A stretch of DNA of 12,786 nt from Tubiluchus corallicola (Eukaryota; Animalia; Priapulida): assembly GCA_030141605.1 (NCBI GenBank), contig JAQGDQ010002151.1, positions 1-12,786 of the forward strand, given 5' to 3'. Each line of letters opens with the position of its first letter. The stretch's first letter is position 1. A program made the position numbers and the translations under genes. Positions 1-9,929 of this stretch are shown here, in pieces. The notes beneath the pieces were generated by a model. It was not told the DNA's origin. It worked only from the letters and a program-made list of their open reading frames with translations, and made no database searches.

Positions 1-250
1 ATCAATGTACATGTCTATGTTCATGCCTATGTCTATGTTTAGTCTGTGTCCATGTCCATATCCATATCTATGTCTATGTTCATGTCTGTGTCTGTGTCTA
101 TGTCCATGTCTATTTCTGTGTCCGTGATTGTGTCATTGTCCCTCTCCATGTCTTTGTTTGTGTCTGTGTTTATGTCTATGCCTATATCTATGACCATGTC
201 CATGTCTAAGTCTGTATCTGTGCCTATGTCTATGTTTGTGCATGTGTCTG
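1..250. repeat. Degenerate hexanucleotide microsatellite (TGTCTA/TGTCCA/TGTCTG-type)
   Basis: Clear 6-bp periodicity, e.g. tgtctatgttcatgtctgtgtctgtgtctatgtcca. It explains the MS/SV and D-x repeat ORFs at 39-288. Confidence 0.9.
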
Positions 251-599
251 CATATTTCAAAATTAATCTATCCGCAATGAAAAGATAGACAAAGAGATTA
301 CTTTAGCAAGAGCTAAAAAGACATGATTTAAATGTACACTGTTCTTACAATCAACAGCGATTCTGATTTTAATTTAATGCATAGTGCGTGTCTGCCCAAG
401 TTTTAACACAATTTTTATGTAATTTTCCCAAATTCGAATAATGCAAAAACAAAACCATAAGATCATAATCAATAATTGATTATGATCATCTGTCAAATTG
501 ATTGTAATTTTTTTCTGCATCTATATTTAATTTCTTTATCATCTTGATTTATATCTTTATTTGCATTTTTTGTCTTCTACTGTTTTACATTTGTTACAG

Positions 600-725
600 A
601 TCCAGGAAATCATCAAGACAACGGCAAAGAAGACTCAAGATGAACTGATTGCCAAAGAACAGGCAAACAAAGACAAACTTCGAGAAACTGAACTCAACAA
701 GGAACTAGTGGGGCTGAAATCTAAG
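600..725 (+). CDS. Internal coding exon of an unidentified spliced gene; charged coiled-coil-like peptide IQEIIKTTAKKTQDELIAKEQANKDKLRETELNKELVGLKSK
   Basis: A long T-rich polypyrimidine tract ends in ttacAG (598-599). It is followed by a 126-nt open frame (42 codons, phase 0-0) and the donor AAG|GTAGTT at 726. Composition shifts abruptly to purine-rich, and the peptide is K/E-rich with spaced L/I. Confidence 0.8.
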
Positions 726-984
726 GTAGTTTTGTCACCAATGCACGGTCCTTTATTGCTACAAAACTTGTAGAGGTACATGTAAGTTAGTGTAGAAAAC
801 TTGGGATGACTTCTAAACAATTGTAGGATCTACCTAGACAGACTCAGAGCTTCAGACTCCTGGTAATACGCAAAAGCAATTTAGTCAATTAAACTCAGTT
901 TTGATTTTTCTTTTTTTTAAAGTAGAACTCGTGTTTGTCTGGTAGACATCACAAACCCTTTCTAAAATTGTAGACAACCATATA

Positions 985-1166
985 GAGTCAATTAGCTCCA
1001 ACAAATTTCTTATGTAGTTTTATTAAATTTGTTTATCCATAAAGTTATTAAACCTAATAATGAACTTTAACCTTTCCAAGAGTACTACAACCACGCCCGC
1101 AAAAACGATCTTTCAAGAGAAATCATTTTATACAGTCGTCTAACTGTAAATGTTTTGGAATTCATT
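985..1166 (+). repeat. Left arm of a 182-bp inverted repeat
   Basis: Reverse complement of 2340-2521. By eye there are only two mismatches (attagCtcc vs attagTtcc; aaaaaCgatc vs aaaaaGgatc). Confidence 0.95.
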
Positions 1167-1962
1167 ACGGACAAAAACCTAACAATGGCCTTCGTAAAGA
1201 GCTTGAAAAAAGGAAACATTCGTCCAAAACCTAATAAGAGTTAATAATATTCGTCCATAACCTAGTGTCAGCTATAAACTGTTGTTAAGTGTTTCATTTT
1301 ACTGTTTTTCTTTCTTTTCTTTTTTTATAATTTTCTTTAGTTAATTATGTATCCTTGCCATCATAGATGGCGTCACAATAATATAAACAAATTAATTAAA
1401 CCATTTAGTACAGATTGTGTTTTGTCTTACGCAACTAATATTTTTAAATCTCTTTATATTTTTTATAAATATTCAACAGTACTGTAAGCCTGCACATATT
1501 GAACACTTTTAGTGCCAGGTTTGCAACTCTAGTGCATATGTGCATTGTGCTTGTACATGCATATATAATTATGTAAATATTTTTGCTGGAATCATTTGTA
1601 ATTTTTACAGCTATGTGGTTAAAGTGGTTTTTGATGCATGCTCTATTCTTTAAGTTAAAATAAATGGAAAATCGCAGAAATGTTGTGATAAACATCATAT
1701 TTTTATCTTTTTGCAAATGCCAAGTGTGTGGACATTCGACAAGTATATCAAAAAGGAAGGCGTTCCTTTGAAGACTGTTCTAAAAAGGGCTATTTGGTCC
1801 CAGCTAGAGCTCAATACTTTCTACTTTTTGTTCCTCTTCTGCATCAAAAGGGCTCTGTGCAATTTCCCGTTTAAGTTGTTTCAAATGTTCTATGTCAAGA
1901 TGATTAAGATCTGTTGACTCTGGCATAATTCTGCTGTGTATATCGGAGTAAATGAATATTTT

Positions 1963-2290
1963 GCTGCCCTCTGTTAAAGGCTTTCTACATTAACTGTAAT
2001 TGTTTTTCGTAAGTGCCTAGCTGACATTGTTTCGATGTTTGATCTGCAAAAGTTTCAAGGCCATAATTTGAAAAAACTAAAACTTGAAACTTTTATAGTC
2101 AAAATTTAATGCATTGTGATGCCATGTTGTGCTGCCATCTGTTGAGTACTTTATACATTAACCTGGCTGTTTTTTTCAGTTGATTATTAGCTTTGGATAA
2201 TTATTGTTTGGATAATTAAATTTTTAACTTGCAAAAGCTTTTCAACCATAATTTGACAAGCAGTCAAACTTTTAATGCCTGTAAAATTTA
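1963..2290. repeat. Old degenerate tandem duplication (about 170-bp period)
   Basis: Collinear shared blocks: gctgccctctgttaaaggctttctacattaac vs gctgccatctgttgagtactttatacattaac; tgcaaaag...ccataatttga; aaactttta...aaaattta. Confidence 0.65.
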
Positions 2291-2339
2291 CCTGCAAGGA
2301 CTAATACAGTGAAACTTCAGCCTTGTGTTTGTAGGGCAC

Positions 2340-2521
2340 AATGAATTCCAAAACATTTACAGTTAGACGACTGTATAAAATGATTTCTCTTGAAAGATCC
2401 TTTTTGCGGGCGTGGTTGTAGTACTCTTGGAAAGGTTAAAGTTCATTATTAGGTTTAATAACTTTATGGATAAACAAATTTAATAAAACTACATAAGAAA
2501 TTTGTTGGAACTAATTGACTC
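2340..2521 (-). repeat. Right arm of the 182-bp inverted repeat
   Basis: Reverse complement matches 985-1166 (gagtcaattag...ggaattcatt). Confidence 0.95.
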
Positions 2522-2700
2522 CTATTTGCTGGTATAAAATCGGGATTGCGTATCCCAATTTTTCCACAGCGCATTAACGAAAGCAAAAAACGATATTGAA
2601 TCAAACTATTCTCAAAAAAATGTCTGAAAAATCTGCATGTTTAAGTAGTTAATAAAACTACATGAGAAATTGTTAGAACTAAATAGCTCTTATTTGCTGG
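2480..2700. repeat. Degenerate direct repeat of about 52 bp (2480-2532 and 2649-2700)
   Basis: ttaataaaactacataagaaatttgttggaactaattgactcctatttgctgg vs ttaataaaactacatgagaaattgttagaactaaatagctcttatttgctgg. Confidence 0.8.
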
Positions 2701-2931
2701 CAATTTGTTAAGCACGTGTTTGAAAAACTGATCACTCTTAACGCACAAGTTCAACTCTGGTAGGTTTATTATAAACATTGACACACAAGCTGACATATTG
2801 GACATCTCCAAATGGAAAGAAAAATAAATGAAATATCAATTTTCTAGTATTGAAAGCACAAATTTGCACATCTAACTGAAAACAAACAGGAAATATTTTG
2901 TTGCTATGCGTTATTCAAGAGCAAAAATTTC

Positions 2932-3133
2932 GGGGGTTAGCTCAAATGTAACGTCTTCGTTTCCCACCCTGGAGGTCGCGGGTTCAATTCCTGACACGTA
3001 AGAGTAAAGTTTTAATTACCACTCGTTCTGCCAACCGGGTTCTATCAAGACTACTTTGAAAATAAGCTGTTATCATTGGACTATTAGAGTCCTAAACATT
3101 ATTAAGGACAATTATAATTATAATTATTTATAT
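2932..3133 (+). mobile_element. tRNA-derived SINE (or tRNA pseudogene plus tail); head resembles tRNA-Gly
   Basis: Pol III A-box-like TAGCTCAAATGT (2938-2949) and B-box GGTTCAATTCC (2981-2991) at tRNA spacing. The TTCCCAC anticodon-like region is present but the cloverleaf stems do not close. An (ATAATT)n-like tail lies near 3112-3133; the 3' boundary is uncertain. Confidence 0.65.
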
Positions 3134-4115
3134 AGCCATAGATTATTCATGTCTAAAACGTTTTAATCAAAAATATATTAAGTCATATTCAAGTTACTCA
3201 TGACTTCTTGCACGAAAATTGCTCAAAGTTGGTAGGTCAGTTGTTCAGTTACGGTTCACAACTACTCGAGTAAATATTGTGCTCAATTAAGAAACAGCAG
3301 AATTTAGCAAACCGACTCTTACAGTAGCTAAATGAACTCCCCGTTCCCCTCCCCTCCCCCTCAGTAATGCAATATTACAAACCTGTGTATTTTCCTGGTT
3401 CATTCGGTTCATTCAACTGTCTGCTTCAATTCACCGCTCAAAGTCCGTTGATTGGCTGGCGTTCCATCCTTTTGTGAATTGTTGTTGTTGTCAAGGACGC
3501 GAGTTTTTTGTGATTAGCGAATGCTCACCTGTAGTAGCCAGTAGAAATTATTTTAACAACTATTCGTCTCTACAAAATTTGCCATACTGTGTGGGTCTGT
3601 ATTTAAATTTGTTGTATTCATGGAAACTATCTCAAATTTTTTTAAGCGGGTGGAAAAGCGCAAGAATTTCTGGACACCCACCCCACTCAAGGGGGGTCAT
3701 CAGGTATCTGAATCAGAACATTTAAACTCCAGCTGCAGCACCAGATCATTAAGTCAAGCACACATGATGCAGCACAACATACATAAAATCATGCTAGAGC
3801 ATGCAGGCCCATTCTCAAGCACAACATACATTGCTTCAACGTTAAAAATATAGAATAAAATTGAGTCTTGACCATTCATTTTCCCACCCCTGCCTGGAGC
3901 TCCCGCTCCCTCTGCTGCTCATACCTCCCCCCCGGGACGCTACTTACATTGGCTTTGGCTTGCTCTGGCCATTAAAATGACTGTGCCTAAGAGTCATTGC
4001 AAGAGTTTAAATTTACAAGTTTTATACAGCATTACTGCTAATACAATTTCTGCGTGCTATAAGACAGCATGTAAGTGATTTCTTGTGTTTTCCCGTGTTT
4101 GCAAAAATACAATTA

Positions 4116-4405
4116 CAGTCGACCCTCGTTAAACCGGACCCCGTTAGCCCGGATATCGGATAAACGGACGTCATCCATGGTAAAGGAAACTGACCGATTT
4201 TCACCCGAGCCGGAGCGCTAAACACAACACGGCCTACCAACTGTACAATCATTTCTTTATCCTCACAGGTTGACTATTCTAAAGTAATATACAGTATAGT
4301 ATATAGTGCACAGTATATAGTGCAATGTGTATAGGCCTTATTAAGGTGATTATTCCTGTATAATATAGACCATATCGGATAAATTGGACAATCGGCTAAA
4401 CCGAC
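4116..4405. mobile_element. Truncated Tc1/mariner-superfamily (pogo/Tigger-like) non-autonomous element; one end only
   Basis: TA|CAGTCGACCCTCGTTAAACCGGAC terminus and repeated subterminal motif ATATCGGATAAA(C/TT)GGAC at 4153 and 4372. No matching second TIR found. Confidence 0.6.
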
Positions 4406-4537
4406 TAAAGCTCACAAGCTCACCTCAACTCCTTTATTCTGAAAGTGGAAGAAATGTGTCTTGAAATTTAAACCTTCTTATGACTATGTAGTAATGGTTG
4501 TATCCATCTTCTATTCTCAAGTCATTTTTCATTAGCT

Positions 4538-4585
4538 CAGTGGCGGCTCGTGTTTAGGTACTGTGGAACTGCAGCGCCCCCTATT
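4538..4585. mobile_element. Possible hAT-type transposon terminus (CAGTGGCGGCTCGTG...)
   Basis: Abrupt GC-rich start CAGTGGCGGCTCGTG resembles hAT-superfamily TIRs, from general knowledge. The partner TIR is not seen in the window. Confidence 0.35.
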
Positions 4586-4893
4586 TTCACTCATTATTAT
4601 CAATTATATTCAATTGAATAAGTCTTTTTTCTTTAGTTCTTTTTTTTGCACTTGCGCGGAACCAGAGCACGTGAGGGTAGTACTGTTTCATTCACAGTCC
4701 CAGTAACGTGGCGCACATGCCTGAGATAATATGCTGCTAGTGTCTGCTACTAATTAGAAAAGTACTGTCTGTATCACAGTAACAATTGCTGCCTTGAATG
4801 TTCCTTGAAGGTGACGAACCAAAGTGATCTCTCCATACGTTTCAAAGTAATTTAATTACTATCAATATTTATTGAACAGAGATATTTAATCCT

Positions 4894-5270
4894 GACAGGC
4901 CATGATTTTGTACTTTATTAGGTATTAGCAAAGACTTACTTATGTGCTGCACTTATCAGTGTTGTTTTACATGCTTTTGGTTTACTTGGTGCCATTGCCT
5001 TGTATCTTTGACACCTCTTCTGTCACCTGCTTTTCCTTTGACTTTGCACCTCTCGAGTCATTTTCATTGCGTAAGCTAGCACTGGCTGGTTTCGGTAATG
5101 TAGCAATCTTTTCTATTTCCTTTTCCAGCTAAAATAAAAATAAACAATTCGTGCAATTCGTGAACCGACCGGCCATGATTTTGTAATTTATTAGGTGTTA
5201 GCGAAGACTTACTTATGTGCTGCTGTTAGTAGTGTTTTAGTTTCTTTTGGTTTATGTGGCATTGCCTTGT
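4894..5270. repeat. Direct duplication of about 105-110 bp (4894-5003 and 5167-5270) spanning an exon end, donor and intron start on the - strand
   Basis: ggccatgattttgta(c/a)tttattaggt(a/g)ttagc(a/g)aagacttacttatgtgctgc ... cattgccttgt occurs in both copies. Confidence 0.9.
4940..5128 (-). pseudogene. Putative exon C, a paralog of exon B, with in-frame stops (terminal or decayed exon)
   Basis: Acceptor tttatttttatttt-AG (5130-5129) follows an 84-nt intron. The segment is 189 nt with donor GTAAGT at 4939. Its 3' part, KAMAPSKPKACKTTLISAAH, matches exon B. The phase-2 frame has TAG after WKRK and a later TGA. Confidence 0.5.
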
Positions 5271-5305
5271 CGTCATCATTCACGACCCAATCAGACTTGC
5301 GTTTT
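5213..5305 (-). CDS. Putative exon B (KRKSDWVVNDDDKAMPHKPKETKTLLTAAH)
   Basis: Acceptor tttatttttt-AG (5307-5306), 93 nt, open in phase 2-2, consensus donor GTAAGT at 5212-5207. Confidence 0.55.
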
Positions 5306-5784
5306 CTAAAAAATAAATTATCAGACATAAATATCAAATTGAGCAAAAACTAGAAAATGTGCGTGATCTGATACTACAGGCAATTATAAGTTTGCTGAGA
5401 TAGTAGATGAAAAATTGCGCATGCAATACGTACTTAATTTACGCACATCTAAAAATGACAACAGTCTAGCACACGTGTACCAAAAATGTTAAATTTAAGA
5501 ATTTTATCCGTTTATATTTATTTTTATTAATATTTCCCAGTAACTTTTCAGTTCTGAAGTATTTTTCCCATAAAACTTCTGTAATCTCCCACTTTGCCTA
5601 GGTCAGTATCAATGGAATACTTACTACCTGGGCAACATCAAGTTGTCTCAACAATACATAGTGACTGTAAATAATATGGCTGAGTTTTTGTACAATCAGG
5701 TTAAATGTCAGACAGAAAATCAGCAAAAATTGAATTCAGTGAGCACACTGCTTCTACAAGTGTTTAATCTCCAAACGATAATAC

Positions 5785-5901
5785 CTTTGTATTTTGCTTG
5801 AGCTTGGTTGAACTTGTGGACGAATGTCACAACAAGACCTGATCCTGTCCACATGTTTTTGAACAGATAAATTCCTCCTCTGCTTTTTTGTCTCGTCCTG
5901 C
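5785..5901 (-). CDS. Putative exon A of an antisense gene or pseudogene (QDETKKQRRNLSVQKHVDRIRSCCDIRPQVQPSSSKIQ)
   Basis: Acceptor ttacAG (5903-5902), 117 nt, open when read phase 2-2, donor AAG|GTATTA. Confidence 0.4.
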
Positions 5902-6088
5902 CTGTAACATTAATACTAAAGAGTAATTATAAGCCTATTATACAATTTCTGAAGCAACAGCTGAACCTGCACTAAAGAAAACTACTCAGTTTCGAATAGG
6001 CCTGTAACGATACACGTGTTAACAAAGTGCACCAGTATTGTGATAGTCTGCATCATTGATATTCAGCACATGTTAAGAAATTTCAGTC

Positions 6089-6679
<591 letters not shown>

Positions 6680-6978
6680 AATGCTGTACAGTATCAGGGC
6701 CTTTTTCTTTATTATGTAATCACTTAATTCATGATTCCGAAATTTATTCATAACAACAGCCAGCATCCACTTAAGCCAAGACATGGCTTTTATTCAGACA
6801 CAAACGTTTGCGACGTTTTGACCACTTAAGGCCACGTTCACACAACAAACCAACTAAATAAAAACACAGCCTAAAATATGAAAATAAACATTGTGAGAAG
6901 TAAACAAGGTACAAAACCAAATACAGTAGGCACCGTTTAATAGATTAACGCTTAATTGACTCAAAAACACCAAGTGTA

Positions 6979-7439
6979 CAGTCAACCTAGGATATAAGGG
7001 ACATCTTCGGAACGGAAAAAATCGTCCCTTATATCCGATGTCCCTTGTAGCTGAAGTTTAGTCAGACCGAGGGTGTATCTAGACCTGTACTTTTCTGTAC
7101 TTTTACCCATATTTTTATGGATTATTGCTACACATTCAGTACAAACGGTATGTAGGAAGCTCCTTCAACGATGCGAGATGTATGTGACCGCGGAAACCGA
7201 GCTGTTCGAAGGCCGAGTTTGCGAAAAATTGAGGTTAAAAATCGATCAGTTTCGCTTCGATCATAGTGTCCCTTATATACGAGGTAATTTACCTGGGTTT
7301 CTATTACGCGGGACCTGAAGATATCGTCTCTTATAACCGAAAGTCCCTTATATACAAAGATTTTTATAAGGAAAAATGTTACGAAAAATTGGGACGTCTA
7401 GCTGGTCCCTTATAAGTATTTTATATCTGAGGTTGAGTG
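6979..7439. mobile_element. Complete 461-bp MITE, Tc1/mariner (pogo/Tigger-like)
   Basis: TA on both sides (6977-6978, 7440-7441). TIRs CAGTCAACCTAGGATATAA / CACTCAACCTCAGATATAA (16/19). Seven GTCCCTTATA-type subterminal motifs at 6993 (inverted), 7024, 7040, 7268, 7326, 7343 and 7405. Confidence 0.88.
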
Positions 7440-7613
7440 TATATATAATATGTACACATATATCGTATATAGATATAGATAAACTGTCGGTAATTGGCTC
7501 AAACAACTCCACATAGCTGACTCAATATTTTTACTTCACATACTTAATATACTTTTAATACGTACATTTCATTTAATAGCTTAGAAATACGTACATTTCA
7601 CTACTGAACATTT

Positions 7614-7978
7614 TTCGGCCAAGCACGATAGCGAACCACCGCTTATTTAAATTTGAAAACACTTTAGCAAGCAGAGTTGGATGCTTGAAAGCCTAGTAAC
7701 AAAACAATGCAATTGTTTCGACGTTGAAAGATATATTACCAGAAATTTCCATGCACAGAGAATCTAAGATGATATATATTTGCAAAAAAAAACGATTTCC
7801 ATTCGGCCAAGCACGATTGCGAACCACCGCTTATTTAAATTTTAAAGCACCTCAGCAAACAGAGCTGGAAGTTTGCTCAGCCTAGTAACAAAACCATGCA
7901 ATTGTTTCGACTTTACAAGATAAATTACCAGACACAGAAAACCAAAGATGATATGTATATTTGCAATTTCGCGTTTCT
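7614..7978. repeat. Two-copy tandem repeat with a 188-bp period
   Basis: Both copies (7614 and 7802) start ttcggccaagcacgat(a/t)gcgaaccaccgcttatttaaattt. They share agcctagtaacaaaac(a/c)atgcaattgtttcgac and aagatgatat...atatttgcaa. Confidence 0.92.
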
Positions 7979-8235
7979 GTATTATTCATGCGCTTTTCCA
8001 AGGTATAAAAGTATATTTCTTTCATTTCATGGTCACATCTATTTTGGGAAACTATAATATACGTAGAAACAGTCACGTTAAGTATAGCTTTGTATGTAAG
8101 CAGGTACAGCACGTTTATCGTATGTGCTAATATGTTACCATAGCGGCTTTGCTTTGAATCTGCTAACCGCTTAGCTGCAGCAATTAAACTTATATATATA
8201 TATATATATATTAATTCTTTATTTGTCATAAAAAT

Positions 8236-8439
8236 GGTAGTAGTGGTAGTAGTAGTAGTAGTAGTAGTAGTAGCAGTAGTGGTGGCAGTGGTAGTGGTGG
8301 CAGTGGCAGTGGTGGCAGTGGTAGTGGCAGTGGCAGTGGCAGTGGCAGTGGCAGTGGCAGTGGCAGTGGCAGTGGCAGTGGCAGTGGCAGTGGCAGTAGC
8401 AGTAGCAGTAGCAGTAGCAGTAGCAGTAGCAGTAGCAGC

Positions 8440-8487
<48 letters not shown>
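8236..8487. repeat. Compound microsatellite (AGT)n-(GGCAGT)n-(AGCAGT)n-(AGT)n
   Basis: Read directly from the sequence. It explains the poly-V/AV ORF at 8234-8548. Confidence 0.97.
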
Positions 8488-8488
<1 letters not shown>

Positions 8489-8503
8489 TATGTATTAATA
8501 ATT

Positions 8504-9130
8504 TATATTAATTCTTTATTTGTCATAAAAATGGTTCACTCATTATAATAAAATTGAGTAATCCTCAGCATAATGTTTAGATAACAACACTGTTCAAGGC
8601 AAATGCGTCCAGTGCATACTAAAAAAACTAAAGTGCAAACTATATACAATAAATGAACATATTTACAACACCATATTAAAATATTTTTACAAAACAATTT
8701 TACAAAAGTACATTAAGTTTTACAATACATATTTTACACTATATCTATATATACATTTGACATGACACAATTAACAGAAACATGCTTTACATTACATAAA
8801 TTTCACTCATTACATTTACACTATTTATACATTTGACATTACAAAACTAACATAACACGTATTACATTACATAATTTTTTAAAAATCGTTATACGGAGTC
8901 AGGGGCGGGGGTAGATGAAAGTTGAGTCTGTGTAATTAGTATCAGATGCACAATGTGGAAGTAGAAACCTGTTATACTGATATTCTTTTAATTTCTTTTT
9001 AAAGTGGTGGAGAGATGTAGGCTTGTTTTATTTCACTGGGTAGTAAGTTCCATAAATGTATGGCCTGTTTTGATATGGAGTTATTTCCAAATTTATTGTT
9101 TACTGTAATTTGCTTTAAATTGTGTGTTAC
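8504..9130 (-). mobile_element. 5'-truncated 3' end of a CR1/L2-group LINE (ORF2 C-terminus plus 3' UTR)
   Basis: The - strand reads THNLKQITVNNKFGNNSISKQAIHLWNLLPSEIKQ, then after a frameshift TSLHHFKKKLKEY (W codon at 9052-9050). This matches the LWNxLP...SLxxFKxxLK terminal motif of CR1/L2-group ORF2. An AT-rich UTR and AATAAA follow, then a simple-repeat tail. Confidence 0.8.
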
Positions 9131-9929
9131 AAAAAATGACTTACGTGAAAGAATTATTACCACGCAAACGCAGCTTCACGTTTGCGACACTAGTTCTTCC
9201 TTGTTACATGCATTCGCTAGTTATGTTACGCATTGCACAAAAATAGGTGCTGTACCTCGTAGCTCAGATGTGCTAGTTCACGCGTGAGCACAGCAGTAAT
9301 TTTGAAACTTCAATTTTATCTTAAAATTTGCCTAGACTTAGTACAACATACTAAATATTTTACAGTAGCACCGTACTTCAATTTTCGTTTTCGCAAACAC
9401 GTGCAACACGCTTAAAATATTGTTAAACTACGTGTAAAAACAAGTGTGATTGATAGGTGGCGTATACTACTAAAGCTTAGGTCACATGACTTATAAGGCT
9501 TCTAATATTGGTGTCTCTGGAAGGTAAACATTTAATCACTTGACCAGCGGTTTGCTTTTGAAGTTCCCGCTGGTTTTCACAGGTGAAACAAGGTCATCAC
9601 CAACTGCAGCTCAAGCACTAGGTGACTACGTGTTTTGAGTGAATATGTACAGTAACAGATTTTCAATGTTCTTATCATTATGAGAATTTCATAAGCCAAC
9701 TTCTTCGTGAAGAAATGAAGTAACCAACCTTGCACAAACTTTTATAAATTTCAATGGTAATAATCACAGATTTTTGCAATATTTTTTATGAATTCACTTA
9801 CAAAAATTATGCTTCTTGAATAACTGCACATAGGTATTTTTGACATCAATTAACACTATGCTCAACAGGTTACTGAACACTTTATAATCATGATCACAGT
9901 TTTTCTTAGTTCTCGCTCCATTTCATCTT

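Noticed and set aside
39-288. ORFs of 73 and 80 aa (D-x and M/S/V repeats)
   Set aside because: Translations of a hexamer microsatellite; no splice or coding evidence.
726-787. Extending the exon to the stronger-looking GTAAGT at 782
   Set aside because: An in-frame TAG at 771-773 intervenes. The donor at 726 keeps the exon open and symmetric.
2932-3000. Functional tRNA gene
   Set aside because: The acceptor and anticodon stems do not pair and the A box lacks the GG; treated as a SINE head or pseudogene.
3474-3853. ORFs of 83 and 77 aa
   Set aside because: No recognisable motifs or convincing splice sites, and the length is compatible with chance.
5625-5664. Additional small - strand exon (tttacAG...GTAAGT) between A and B
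   Set aside because: It would end in phase 0 and put exon B out of frame; not supportable without RNA data.
8234-8548. Poly-Val/Ala ORF resembling a membrane peptide
   Set aside because: It is a compound microsatellite in a LINE tail.
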